DNA of 64,000 nucleotides, from assembly GCA_024408295.1 (NCBI GenBank), contig JAKSVE010000001.1, positions 21,657 to 85,656 on the forward strand, in the 5' to 3' direction. Source of the stretch: Bacilli bacterium. Its GTDB lineage: Bacteria; Bacillota_I; Bacilli_A; RFN20; CAG-826. The position numbers were made by a program, and so were the translations under genes. Shown one piece after another: positions 1 through 9,531 of this stretch. The number at the start of each line of letters is the position of its first letter. Position 1 is the first letter of the stretch. The notes beneath the pieces were generated by a model. It had not been told where the DNA came from and did not search any database. It was given only the letters and a program-made list of their open reading frames with translations.

Positions 1-2
1 AA

Positions 3-1508
3 GCCGACGTTGCCATCATCAATACCTGCGCAGTTAGAGAAAACGCAGAGGAAAAGGTGTATGGAGAAATCGGAACCTTCAAGGCGAACAAAGAGAGAAA
101 CAAGAACTTCATGTTGGTTCTTGCAGGATGCGTTATGCAGGAAGAGGGAATCGCTGTTGATTTACTTCAGTCATACCCTTGGATCTCTTTGGTCATCGGA
201 ACACATGATGTCCACAATCTCCTCAATCTTTTGAGCGAGGCGTTAAGAAGAAAACAGAGCCTTATCAATGTTCGTTCATTCGCCGATGAAATTGTTGAGA
301 ACATGCCTTCTCAGAGACTTTCAAATTATCAGGCATATGTAAACATCTCATACGGATGCGATAAGTTCTGCACATACTGCATCGTCCCATATACAAGAGG
401 CAGAGAACGTTCACGTGCTCCAGAAGATATCATCAACGAGTGCAAGAAGTTAGTCGATGAAGGCTATAAGGAAATCACCCTCCTAGGCCAGAACGTCAAC
501 TCATATGGCTTAGATTTAAAGAACGGCACGACATTTGCATCGCTCCTCGAAAGCGTTGCAAAGCTCGGAATGCCACGCCTTAAATTCCTCACATCATACC
601 CAAGCCAGTTCTCGGATGACATGATTGAGGTCATGTCCAAATACGACAATATCGAGAAGTGGCTCCATTTCCCTGTCCAGTCTGGTTCGACCAGCTGTTT
701 GAAGAGAATGGGCAGACGTTACACTAGAGACGAATATCTTGAAAAGGTCCGCAAAATCAGAGAGAAAATGCCTGATATTGCCCTCACAACAGACATTATC
801 GTCGGTTTCCCGGGTGAAACTGAGGAAGAATTCGCCGACACATTAAAGATGGCTGAGGAAGTCTCTTATAGCGCTGCGTTCACATTTATCTATTCCGCTA
901 GACAAGGAACGCCAGCCGCAAAGATGGAACAGGTTCCAAGCGAAGTTCAGCATGAAAGATTCAATAGACTTAAGGCTCTTATCGATGAGACAACCGCCAA
1001 GCATTCAATCACTATGGTCGGCAAGACATTTGATATCCTTGTTCAGGGCCCATCAAAGAGAAATAGCGAAGTTCTTTCTGGATACGCAACTAACGGCAAG
1101 CTCGTTAACTTCAAAGGACCTGCATACCTTACAGGCTGCATAGTGCCAGTCAAGATTCTTGAATCACACGTCTATTCCCTAATCGGAGAACTTGCCGAAG
1201 ATCCATTGGTCTTAAAGGCAAAAGACGTCGCTTTCATGATGTCTAAGGATCCAATACTCAAAGAGTATTTATCGTTAGATGAGGCAATAAGAAACGATGA
1301 AAGCATCAAGGCTCTTGGAGATGAATTGGTCAGAACCAAGAAAGCGATGGGCGAGTCATTTTTGGATAAAGAAGCTCACGGAAAATATAGAAAAGAATAT
1401 GAAGCCGTGCTTGAGGCTATGAAGAATAATCCTCTCCTTGCCAACAGAAACGAACTTATGTCATTAGTCGAACAAAGACTTTTAGAGGTCAGGGATTATC
1501 TTAGATGA
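3..1508 (+). CDS. miaB: tRNA methylthiotransferase MiaB, 5'-truncated by window edge, with extra C-terminal YlbF/YmcA-like domain
   Basis: Frame open from nt 3 (ADVAIINTCAVRENAEEKVYGEIG, UPF0004 domain). Radical-SAM motif GCDKFCTYC. TGA stop overlaps the miaA ATG (ATGA). Confidence 0.93.
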   Translation, partial: ADVAIINTCAVRENAEEKVYGEIGTFKANKERNKNFMLVLAGCVMQEEGIAVDLLQSYPWISLVIGTHDVHNLLNLLSEALRRKQSLINVRSFADEIVENMPSQRLSNYQAYVNISYGCDKFCTYCIVPYTRGRERSRAPEDIINECKKLVDEGYKEITLLGQNVNSYGLDLKNGTTFASLLESVAKLGMPRLKFLTSYPSQFSDDMIEVMSKYDNIEKWLHFPVQSGSTSCLKRMGRRYTRDEYLEKVRKIREKMPDIALTTDIIVGFPGETEEEFADTLKMAEEVSYSAAFTFIYSARQGTPAAKMEQVPSEVQHERFNRLKALIDETTAKHSITMVGKTFDILVQGPSKRNSEVLSGYATNGKLVNFKGPAYLTGCIVPVKILESHVYSLIGELAEDPLVLKAKDVAFMMSKDPILKEYLSLDEAIRNDESIKALGDELVRTKKAMGESFLDKEAHGKYRKEYEAVLEAMKNNPLLANRNELMSLVEQRLLEVRDYLR

Positions 1509-2398
1509 TCATCGTTTTGACCGGCGCAACAGGAAGCGGTAAGTCCCGCCTAGCAATCGCTCTAGCCAATTCAATCGGCGGAGAGATTGTAAACGGCGAT
1601 GCTTTTCAGGTTTATAAAGGCATCGAAATTGCAACTGCCGCCCCGAGCGAAGAAGAGAAAAAACTAGCAAAACACCATCTTTATTCGTTTTTAGATGTCA
1701 ATGATGGGTACGATATATCCCGTTATCAAAAAGATTTAAGAGCGAAAATAGAAGAGGTCCTTTCACGTGGATCAGTCCCAATTATTTGTGGTGGAAGTGG
1801 ACTATATCTTCGCGCCGCTTTATATGATTACGATTTAAGCGTGGATACTAAACATGTTGATATGAGTAAATATCAGGATATGGATAATGAGTCTCTTCAT
1901 AAGGTTCTAGAAGAACTAGACGCCAAAGAAGCAGAAAAGATCCATATGAATAACAGAATACGCGTCATGCGCGCTATAGAGATTTGTCTGGCATCTGAAA
2001 CTTCCAAATCTGAGATGATTGAAAAGCAATCACATAAACCGATATATGATGACTGCTATTTCTTTGTTTTGAAAAGAGATAGGAATGAACTCTATCCTCT
2101 AGTGGAAAAACGCGTTGATGAGATGGTAAAAAATGGTTTAGTCGAAGAGACTCTATCTATGATTGAGAAATACGGTAGAGAAGCACCTGCTTTTAAAGCC
2201 ATTGGCATTAAAGAATTCTTCCCTTATCTAGATGGGATGGTCAAGCTTGAAGACGCCATTAATACCATCAAGACCAACACTAGACACTACATCAAAAGGC
2301 AGGAGACGTTCTTCCGTCACCAGTTTGAAGTTGTTGAAATATCCAATGTTGATGATATCTTAAAAGTAATAAAGGAGAACGATGATGTTACCGCCTGA
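1505..2398 (+). CDS. miaA: tRNA dimethylallyltransferase
   Basis: N-terminal P-loop GATGSGKS and the DAFQVYKG segment typical of IPP transferases. 4-nt overlap with miaB. Confidence 0.92.
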   Translation: MIIVLTGATGSGKSRLAIALANSIGGEIVNGDAFQVYKGIEIATAAPSEEEKKLAKHHLYSFLDVNDGYDISRYQKDLRAKIEEVLSRGSVPIICGGSGLYLRAALYDYDLSVDTKHVDMSKYQDMDNESLHKVLEELDAKEAEKIHMNNRIRVMRAIEICLASETSKSEMIEKQSHKPIYDDCYFFVLKRDRNELYPLVEKRVDEMVKNGLVEETLSMIEKYGREAPAFKAIGIKEFFPYLDGMVKLEDAINTIKTNTRHYIKRQETFFRHQFEVVEISNVDDILKVIKENDDVTA

Positions 2399-2612
2399 GT
2401 ATTCTTTGTACGATGAAGTCGAGATGAAGCGACCGCACCCTTGCAGCGCAAGAAGCAAGAGATTCCAAATCGTGAGAGTCGGAGCCGACATTAAGATCAC
2501 ATGCCTTGGCTGCGGGAACATAATCATGATGGATAGGGACTCGTTTAACCAAAAAATCAAAAAGGTTATCGCAAAAAATGAGGGTCCAATAAAAATTTTT
2601 GGTAAAAAATAG
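2382..2612 (+). CDS. DUF951-like small zinc-ribbon protein
   Basis: 76-aa ORF with an HPC...CLGCG pattern resembling DUF951/YyzM-type proteins. Overlaps the miaA end by 17 nt. Confidence 0.65.
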   Translation: MMLPPEYSLYDEVEMKRPHPCSARSKRFQIVRVGADIKITCLGCGNIIMMDRDSFNQKIKKVIAKNEGPIKIFGKK

Positions 2613-2620
2613 CAAAAACG

Positions 2621-2648
2621 CCTCTACATATTAGTGTGGAGGTTTTTT
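2621..2648 (+). terminator. intrinsic terminator after the miaB-miaA-DUF951 operon; its 3' arm contains the SD of the next gene
   Basis: CCTCTACA / TGTGGAGG 8-bp stem (one G-U), 6-nt loop, then TTTTTTG. Confidence 0.6.
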
Positions 2649-2652
2649 GTTT

Positions 2653-4713
2653 GTGATCAAGTTAAGCAAAGTAGGAAAGAAATATATTGAAGGGGGAGAA
2701 GAAAGATGGGTTCTCAGGAATCTTGATTTACTACTCCCGACAAAAGGATTGATATCGATCAAAGGAGAATCCGGGAGTGGAAAGTCCACCCTCCTAAATC
2801 TCATCTCCATGATGGAGAAGTGTGATGAAGGAGATGTCTATATCAATGGGCGAAACGCTTCGAAATTAATTGAAAAGGAAAGGGAAGATTTCCGCTTATT
2901 TGACTGTGGCTTTATCTTCCAGCATTTTAATCTTTTTGAGCATCTAAACGTCATAGATAACATTGCCTTTCCTCTCTTGATGTCTGGGGTAAATAGGCGA
3001 ATTGCGGAGGAAAAAGCATCCGAATTGCTCAAAAAATACAAATTGGAGTACCTAAAAGAGCAGAAGACGTCTCTTTTATCTGGCGGGGAAAAACAACGCG
3101 TGGCCATCCTTAGAGCTATCATAAATGAGCCTAAGATCATCCTTGCCGATGAGCCAACTGGGGCTCTGGATAACAAGAATGAAAAACTCGTTATGGAGCA
3201 CCTTAATGAGTATTCCAAAGAGCATCTAGTCATCATGGTTTCTCATAATGACCGAATCGTTAAAAAATACTCTGACAGAATCATTAAATTAAAAGATGGA
3301 GGCATAAGCGATGATTCGAGCCTCCTAAAGAAAGAAGAGACGACAAAAGTCGTAAATAGAGTGAGGAATAATAATTGGGGGTGGATAGCAAATGTTACAA
3401 AAGGATACTTCAAGAAAGATCTCAAGAGGAACATCCTCTCTTTTGCTGGCTCCCTTATATCTTTTTTCGGGATTCTTATTGCTGTTGGGTTCTATTCTAG
3501 TTCCCAAATTACAATCGAGAAGGAAAAGAAGAAGAGCCTGCTCTACACAAGCGCGAGCGTATCGCTTATCAAGGAAGAGGAGATCGAAGGCTCGCCGCTA
3601 ACGTTGAATAGGACCTCAAGACCAAATTACAGCGAACTCGAGGATTTGCTCCAAGGCGTCGCGACAATTGAATGCGACTACTCATATTTCATTCCTTCGT
3701 ATTCTGCCTACTCAATAAATGGTGAATTGAGGGACCCAGTGGCTTTTGCTCCTATAGAAGATATAACCCTCAAGAGCAGAAGTGAGAATATGGTTATCGA
3801 TGGAGCGGCCCCAGAAACCGATTCCCTAGACCGAGTGTTGGTCAACAAAGAATTTGCCTCTTTAATCGGCGAATCCCCAATAAAACATAAGATAAAAATC
3901 ACAAATAGTCTGAAGATTATTGATGGAAATATTGAGGATTCACTGGATTTTTCATTCAGTTTTTATATAGCTGCGGTAGTGGAAGAGTTCTCTTTCCTTA
4001 ATTCTCCAAGAATCTATTACTCCCTGAATTCTATTAAGGCCCACCTCGCAAATCTATATTTGGAGAAGATATCAATTGCAAAGGGCAAGAATTATTCCGT
4101 TTTGGATTACATAGAATCTTGTCCATCCGATAGCGTCTATGGCTCTTATGCCTACAACATCTTTTTCTCGGAGGATAACGCGAAGAGAGTATTTGATATT
4201 CGAGACAGACTGAAAAGAGAAGGGAGCGATCTGGCAATAACTTCTGAGGCACTTGATACAATGCAGACCTTTTCATCTTTAGTCGATGCATTCACCGCCT
4301 CCTTAGCGCCTTTCTTGATCCTAGCACTTATATCATCATTCGCCATAAATTGTTTTACTTCATACTCATCATATCTTTCTAAAAGAAAGGACTTTGCGAT
4401 TATGCACGCATTAGGAGCAAGAGGGGAAGACGTATCTAATATCAATTTATTCGAAAACACTATTGTCTCCATTTCCTCGATGATCGCATCATTGGTTTTG
4501 GGCTATCCATTATCGAGATTGTTCTCATTTCTATTATCTAGAAGTGTGCAGATAAAAGGGCTTGTTGACCTCCATTTGAACGCCTTTGGAATCCCATTAT
4601 TTCCAATCTTGTTGATTCTTGTGTTTGCGTTGGTGTTTCCAATTATCGGAAGCGTTATCCCTCAATACCTAATGAGAAAACAAAGCTTGGTGAAGGAGTT
4701 GTCAGATGAATAA
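2653..4713 (+). CDS. MacB/FtsX-type ABC transporter, fused ATPase-permease
   Basis: Walker A GESGSGKST, signature LSGGEKQRV, Walker B IILADEPT. One TM, a ~290-aa extracytoplasmic region, then three C-terminal TMs. GTG 2653 gives MIKLSKV; in-frame TTG 2647 is also possible. Confidence 0.88.
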   Translation: MIKLSKVGKKYIEGGEERWVLRNLDLLLPTKGLISIKGESGSGKSTLLNLISMMEKCDEGDVYINGRNASKLIEKEREDFRLFDCGFIFQHFNLFEHLNVIDNIAFPLLMSGVNRRIAEEKASELLKKYKLEYLKEQKTSLLSGGEKQRVAILRAIINEPKIILADEPTGALDNKNEKLVMEHLNEYSKEHLVIMVSHNDRIVKKYSDRIIKLKDGGISDDSSLLKKEETTKVVNRVRNNNWGWIANVTKGYFKKDLKRNILSFAGSLISFFGILIAVGFYSSSQITIEKEKKKSLLYTSASVSLIKEEEIEGSPLTLNRTSRPNYSELEDLLQGVATIECDYSYFIPSYSAYSINGELRDPVAFAPIEDITLKSRSENMVIDGAAPETDSLDRVLVNKEFASLIGESPIKHKIKITNSLKIIDGNIEDSLDFSFSFYIAAVVEEFSFLNSPRIYYSLNSIKAHLANLYLEKISIAKGKNYSVLDYIESCPSDSVYGSYAYNIFFSEDNAKRVFDIRDRLKREGSDLAITSEALDTMQTFSSLVDAFTASLAPFLILALISSFAINCFTSYSSYLSKRKDFAIMHALGARGEDVSNINLFENTIVSISSMIASLVLGYPLSRLFSFLLSRSVQIKGLVDLHLNAFGIPLFPILLILVFALVFPIIGSVIPQYLMRKQSLVKELSDE

Positions 4714-7483
4714 GGTTGTTCTTAAAAACATAACGAAGAAATATAAAGACGATGTGGTTATTGATAACCTGACTTATCGTTTCGGTAGCAATGGTTTATT
4801 CATGATTCTTGGAGAGTCTGGCAGTGGCAAAACCACACTTCTGGATATCATCGGAGGAGTGGATGATGACTATATCGGAGATTGCCTAATTGATGGAATC
4901 TCACTGAGTAAACAGACAGAAGATGAAAGGTCATTATTCCGTCTAACACACATCGGTTATCTAAGACAAAAACCGGAACTATTAGAATTAGACTCTGCGT
5001 TGGATAATGTGACCCTTGTTTCCAATTCTCTTGGATTAAAATCTAAACTAATTAGGCGAAAAGCGAAGGATTTACTCAGTTCTTTTGGTTTGAAGGACAA
5101 GGAAAAGCAAGCTGTGAACACCCTATCTGGAGGCGAAAGATCAAGGGTGGCTCTTGCAGCGATATTGATGCTAGACCCGGATGTGATAATTGCTGATGAA
5201 CCAACAGGCGGCTTAGACAAAGAGAATGCAATATTCGTCTTTGAAAAACTAAAGGCCTTGAGCAAAAAGAAATTGGTGATCGTGGTCACCCATGATAAAG
5301 AACTTGCAAAGAAGTATGCTGACAAGACTTTAACGCTGAAGGGCAGGGGGATTGTTGAGAAGGATTTCGAGAATGAAACAAACGATAATGTCTCGATGAT
5401 TAAAACGGAAGAGAAGAAACGCAAGTTCTCTTTGGCGAATTGGTTTTCTCATTCAAATAGAATATTGGCCAAGAAGAAGTGGAGGACCTTGCTATCAACT
5501 TCCCTCCTGACATTCTCTTTGTTTTCTTTAGGCCTCTCTTCCTATGTTAGGGAAGACCTCGAAGACAGGCTTTCAGAGTGCTTCACCTCAATCACAGGAA
5601 AGAATATGGTGATTGTTCAAAAGAGGAACGCGAACGAACCTACATTTGGACGAGTGATTGCCGCACCATTGGATAGAATACAAAAGCTGTGTGACTCGTA
5701 TGACGATATCGATGATTATGGCCTTTCCTACATAGCCGATTTCGAATCGTATTTCCCTCAAGAGAATAACGGATATTTTGTCTACAGGGGTCAGGAAGCC
5801 TTGATACCCTCCTTATCGATTAGGAACTTCAATGATTTTGCCTGGCTAAATTGTTTTCCTGACAAGACTTATTATCCGGAAAGGCCAACCACGATGGAGA
5901 ATAGCCAGATAGTGTTAGGTATCCCATACGACGTCATGGCCAACCTTTGCTACCGTCTTGGAATTGTAAGGGATTATGCATATCTAGGTGATTATCTATC
6001 GCAAAAACCCCTTGAATTGCTTATTAGAATGCAAAATGATTCATGGACATATACAGATGAACACCTATTCTCTATCGTAGGTGTAACGCAAGATACAAGG
6101 CCAACCATCTATCATCTCAACCCTCGCTTTAACGAGTACGTTCTCGAAGAAAAGATGCGTTTCCCAACATCTGATGAACCCGATTATTCCCTTCCCTGGA
6201 TCCTTCAGAAAGTGTATTTTATCGAGCCATCGATTTCTAAATGCGAATTCATTTCCAAACATAGAAGCGATAACGATCTTAGGGACTTGGTCTTGGAGAG
6301 TTCTTCGTACTTGTACGATAAGACAAGAGAGGAAGACAATCATGTCACGGATAAGAATAGGCTATATGTCTATCTAGCAGATAAAAGGCCTATCGACCCA
6401 TACCTTATCAAGTACATGGAAGGGGACGAAAGGATAAAAGGGTTCTCGTTATTTGGAGAACATATTTATTCGATGTACCCAGAATCCCTCGCTATGGGTT
6501 TCAGCAATCCATTCTTCATCTCAACTTCAAGAGATGATGTTGAACAGGTAACAGAATCAATTTCTAGAGTCAAAAAAGATGATGCTTATGGCAAGGTGAA
6601 CACCTCCGATTCAGTTATCGAAGGCTCCTTTCTCACACCTCAGAACAACGCTTTGACATTTTCATCTGATATGGATGAGTTAGTCGAGGGCAGAAAGCCA
6701 CAAGTTATAGAAGAAGTATGCATTTCAAGCAAACTGGCTGAGAAATTGGATAATCCGGCGACCATATACGCCTCAGGTATGGTGTCATCATCAGTTGATG
6801 GCGAGTATCTCCTGAGGGAATACCGGATGGCAGAACTAAAAGTGGTCGGAGTAGTCAAAGAAGACAATGATGTCATATTTGGAAACGAATATTGGACCAT
6901 AGATTTCTTTAGAGAACTCCTAGGCATGTCATCGTTTTTGTTAGAACCAACGAGCGCGGTGTTCTATTTAAAGAATGAGAGGTATAGTGAATCGTTTGTC
7001 AAATATTGGAGTGCGTTATATCCGACCTACAAATTCATCGATCCTTCAACGACAATAAAAGATAGTCTTTCCACCGTGATGAATTATCTGTCGATTGTCT
7101 TAGGATTCGCTAGCACGTTGAGTCTAGCTTTAGGTTTGGTCTTGTTTTTGACTGTAACCATATTGACGGCGATGGAGCAGAAGAACGAAGGCAGGGCGTT
7201 ATATTACCTTGGATACCCTAGAAGCGAGATAACGAACTCCTACATAACGACCTCAACGATAATTATCCTGCAATCCCTTTTAGCCTCGCTCTTAGGAATC
7301 TCGGTAATAGAGGTGGTAGTGGATAGGACAATCAAATCTGCCTTCAGCCTTTCTACGCCATTTATCCCGAGTTTAAAACCTCATATATTGACACTTTTTG
7401 TGAGTTTATTGTCACTTCTTGCTATTTCGATATATCTAAACAATTGGATACAAAAAAGAAAATTCCGCTTCGAAAAAAGATAA
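4706..7483 (+). CDS. MacB/FtsX-type ABC transporter, fused ATPase-permease with very large extracytoplasmic domain
   Basis: Walker A GESGSGKTT, LSGGERSRV, VIIADEPT, VVTHD. TM after the NBD, a ~530-aa unassigned region, and a C-terminal FtsX-like TM bundle. 8-nt overlap with the upstream gene; SD AAGGAG. Confidence 0.88.
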   Translation: MNKVVLKNITKKYKDDVVIDNLTYRFGSNGLFMILGESGSGKTTLLDIIGGVDDDYIGDCLIDGISLSKQTEDERSLFRLTHIGYLRQKPELLELDSALDNVTLVSNSLGLKSKLIRRKAKDLLSSFGLKDKEKQAVNTLSGGERSRVALAAILMLDPDVIIADEPTGGLDKENAIFVFEKLKALSKKKLVIVVTHDKELAKKYADKTLTLKGRGIVEKDFENETNDNVSMIKTEEKKRKFSLANWFSHSNRILAKKKWRTLLSTSLLTFSLFSLGLSSYVREDLEDRLSECFTSITGKNMVIVQKRNANEPTFGRVIAAPLDRIQKLCDSYDDIDDYGLSYIADFESYFPQENNGYFVYRGQEALIPSLSIRNFNDFAWLNCFPDKTYYPERPTTMENSQIVLGIPYDVMANLCYRLGIVRDYAYLGDYLSQKPLELLIRMQNDSWTYTDEHLFSIVGVTQDTRPTIYHLNPRFNEYVLEEKMRFPTSDEPDYSLPWILQKVYFIEPSISKCEFISKHRSDNDLRDLVLESSSYLYDKTREEDNHVTDKNRLYVYLADKRPIDPYLIKYMEGDERIKGFSLFGEHIYSMYPESLAMGFSNPFFISTSRDDVEQVTESISRVKKDDAYGKVNTSDSVIEGSFLTPQNNALTFSSDMDELVEGRKPQVIEEVCISSKLAEKLDNPATIYASGMVSSSVDGEYLLREYRMAELKVVGVVKEDNDVIFGNEYWTIDFFRELLGMSSFLLEPTSAVFYLKNERYSESFVKYWSALYPTYKFIDPSTTIKDSLSTVMNYLSIVLGFASTLSLALGLVLFLTVTILTAMEQKNEGRALYYLGYPRSEITNSYITTSTIIILQSLLASLLGISVIEVVVDRTIKSAFSLSTPFIPSLKPHILTLFVSLLSLLAISIYLNNWIQKRKFRFEKR

Positions 7484-7590
7484 GAAAAGAACAAATTATG
7501 TCAAAAACTGCTTTTATAATCGCACAAAAAGAGTATATTTGTGTGCAGTTGATTGATAAGAAAGATAATCGGCTAGAAAGGTTGGGACGT

Positions 7591-7791
7591 ATGAAGGGAA
7601 CAGTTAAAATGTTCAACAAGGAAAAAGGATTCGGTTTCATCCGTGGCGAAGACAACAAGGATTACTTCTTCCACTACAGCGACATCGTTATGGAAGGCTA
7701 CAAAATTGCTGAAGTCGGTGAAGCAGTTGAATTCGTAGAAAAGAACACTGATCGCGGACTCCGCGCTGGTGAAATCAAGAAAGTCGCCTAA
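7591..7791 (+). CDS. cold-shock protein (CSD)
   Basis: 66 aa, MKGTVKMFNKEKGFGFI with the RNP1-like KGFGFI motif. SD AAAGG upstream of ATG 7591. Confidence 0.9.
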   Translation: MKGTVKMFNKEKGFGFIRGEDNKDYFFHYSDIVMEGYKIAEVGEAVEFVEKNTDRGLRAGEIKKVA

Positions 7792-7810
7792 TCTGACAAC
7801 TCAAGGATTT

Positions 7811-7839
7811 ATACCTCTTTTACGGGGTATTTTCTTTTT
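7811..7839 (+). terminator. intrinsic terminator of csp
   Basis: ATACCTC / GGGGTAT stem, 6-nt loop, T-run TTTCTTTTT. Confidence 0.75.
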
Positions 7840-7940
7840 CTTGAATCCTTGATTCGTCATCTTATCGATAAACCTTTGGTTTCCCTTTTACTTATCTAGA
7901 CGATAGAGATATAATCTCTAGGAAACGAGAGGTTTTTAGT

Positions 7941-9050
7941 ATGTCACTTAAAGCAGGTATCGTCGGACTCCCTAACGTCGGCAAATCAACATTATTCAAC
8001 GCAATCACCAATTCACACATTCTCGCAGAGAATTACCCATTCGCAACCATCAACCCTAATACCGGTGTTGTCATGGTCCCAGATGAGAGACTTGATTACC
8101 TCACAGACTTATTCAAGCCAGAGAGAAAAATCAATGCCACATTCGAGTTCTATGATATCGCAGGACTCGTCAAAGGAGCATCCAAAGGCGAAGGTTTAGG
8201 AAACCAATTCCTTGCCGCCATCAGAGAATGCGATGCAATCGTTGAAGTTGTCAGATGCTTTGAATCAGCGGACATCATTCACGTTGAGGATTCAGTTGAC
8301 CCTGCTAGAGACATCGATATCATCAACCTCGAACTTGCTATGTCAGACCTCGACTCAGTCTCCAATAGAATTGGAAAGATCGAAGTTAAGGCACGAGTCG
8401 CAAAAGATAAGACCGCTCTTTATGAGCTTCCAATCTTAACCGCCATTAAGGAAGTGCTCGAGGACGGAAGACCAGCTAGATCAGTGAAAGGATTGAGCAA
8501 GGAGCAAATGGAATATGCCAAGAAAAATTTCTTCCTCCTTACTTTAAAGCCAATCCTCTATGTCGCAAACGTCGCAGATAGCGATTACATGGACATCGAT
8601 AGCTGTGCTCATTATCAGACAGTTAAGAAGATCGCAGAAGAAGAGAATACAGTATGTATTCCAGTATCTTGTGAGATTGAATATGAAATCTCCCAGTTAG
8701 AAGGAGATGAAAAGAAAGAATTCCTTGAGTCATTAGGCGCAAAGGAATCAGGACTCGATAAGCTCACAAAAGCAGCTTATAAGCTCCTTAATCTCTCAAC
8801 ATTCCTCACATGCGGAACCGATGAATGTCGCGCTTGGACATTCAAGAACGGAATGCTCGCACCTCAGTGTGCAGGCGTTATCCACACCGACTTCGAAAAG
8901 GGCTTCATCAAAGCAGAGGTCTACAAGTTCGAAGACATCGTCACATACAAGACTGAGGCTGGTGTCAAAGAAGCTGGCAAACTCAGAATGGAAGGAAAAG
9001 AATACGTCATGCAAGATGGTGACATCGTATTCTTCAGGTTCAACAGATGA
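7941..9050 (+). CDS. ychF: ribosome-binding ATPase YchF
   Basis: G1 motif GLPNVGKST, conserved YPFATI, C-terminal TGS-like end ([16 protein letters not shown]). Confidence 0.93.
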   Translation: MSLKAGIVGLPNVGKSTLFNAITNSHILAENYPFATINPNTGVVMVPDERLDYLTDLFKPERKINATFEFYDIAGLVKGASKGEGLGNQFLAAIRECDAIVEVVRCFESADIIHVEDSVDPARDIDIINLELAMSDLDSVSNRIGKIEVKARVAKDKTALYELPILTAIKEVLEDGRPARSVKGLSKEQMEYAKKNFFLLTLKPILYVANVADSDYMDIDSCAHYQTVKKIAEEENTVCIPVSCEIEYEISQLEGDEKKEFLESLGAKESGLDKLTKAAYKLLNLSTFLTCGTDECRAWTFKNGMLAPQCAGVIHTDFEKGFIKAEVYKFEDIVTYKTEAGVKEAGKLRMEGKEYVMQDGDIVFFRFNR

Positions 9051-9529
9051 TGAAGTGGAGAGTGGGATACGGCGAAGACATCCATCGCCTTGTTCCTGAC
9101 AAGAGATTGATAATCTGTGGCATCGAATTGCCTTTCCATATGGGACTTGAAGGCCATTCGGATGCGGATGTTGGCTACCACGCAGTAAGCGATGCAATCT
9201 TAGGCGCGCTCGCATTAGGCGATATTGGAAAATATTTCCCGCCTAGCGATGAACAGACCGAAGGAATTGATTCTGCAATCATCGTAAGCAAATGCATTTC
9301 TCTTATGAGAGAAAAGGGATACACAATCAACAATGTTGATGTGATTATCTACACCGAAGCCCCAAAACTTAGAAACTACATTGATTTGATGAGAGAATCG
9401 CTCGCAAAAGTATTGGAATGCGATGTTGACGTGGTCTCAATCAAAGCAAAGACAAACGAGAAACTTGATGCAGTAGGAATGCAGAAGGCAATCCGCTCAT
9501 CAGCCATCGTCTCGCTTGTCGAGGAGTGA
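9047..9529 (+). CDS. ispF: 2-C-methyl-D-erythritol 2,4-cyclodiphosphate synthase
   Basis: GYGEDIHRL and GHSDADV motifs, ~160 aa. ATGA overlap with ychF. Confidence 0.9.
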   Translation: MMKWRVGYGEDIHRLVPDKRLIICGIELPFHMGLEGHSDADVGYHAVSDAILGALALGDIGKYFPPSDEQTEGIDSAIIVSKCISLMREKGYTINNVDVIIYTEAPKLRNYIDLMRESLAKVLECDVDVVSIKAKTNEKLDAVGMQKAIRSSAIVSLVEE

Positions 9530-9531
9530 TT

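Noticed and set aside
7444-7590. N-terminal 49-aa extension of the cold-shock ORF (track ORF 7444-7791)
   Set aside because: It overlaps the end of the ABC gene and has no SD. The canonical CSD starts at M50 (ATG 7591), which is preceded by AAAGG, and cold-shock proteins are about 66 aa.
8796-9215. 139-aa minus-strand ORF across the ychF/ispF junction
   Set aside because: It is a shadow ORF opposite two strongly supported, overlapping housekeeping genes.
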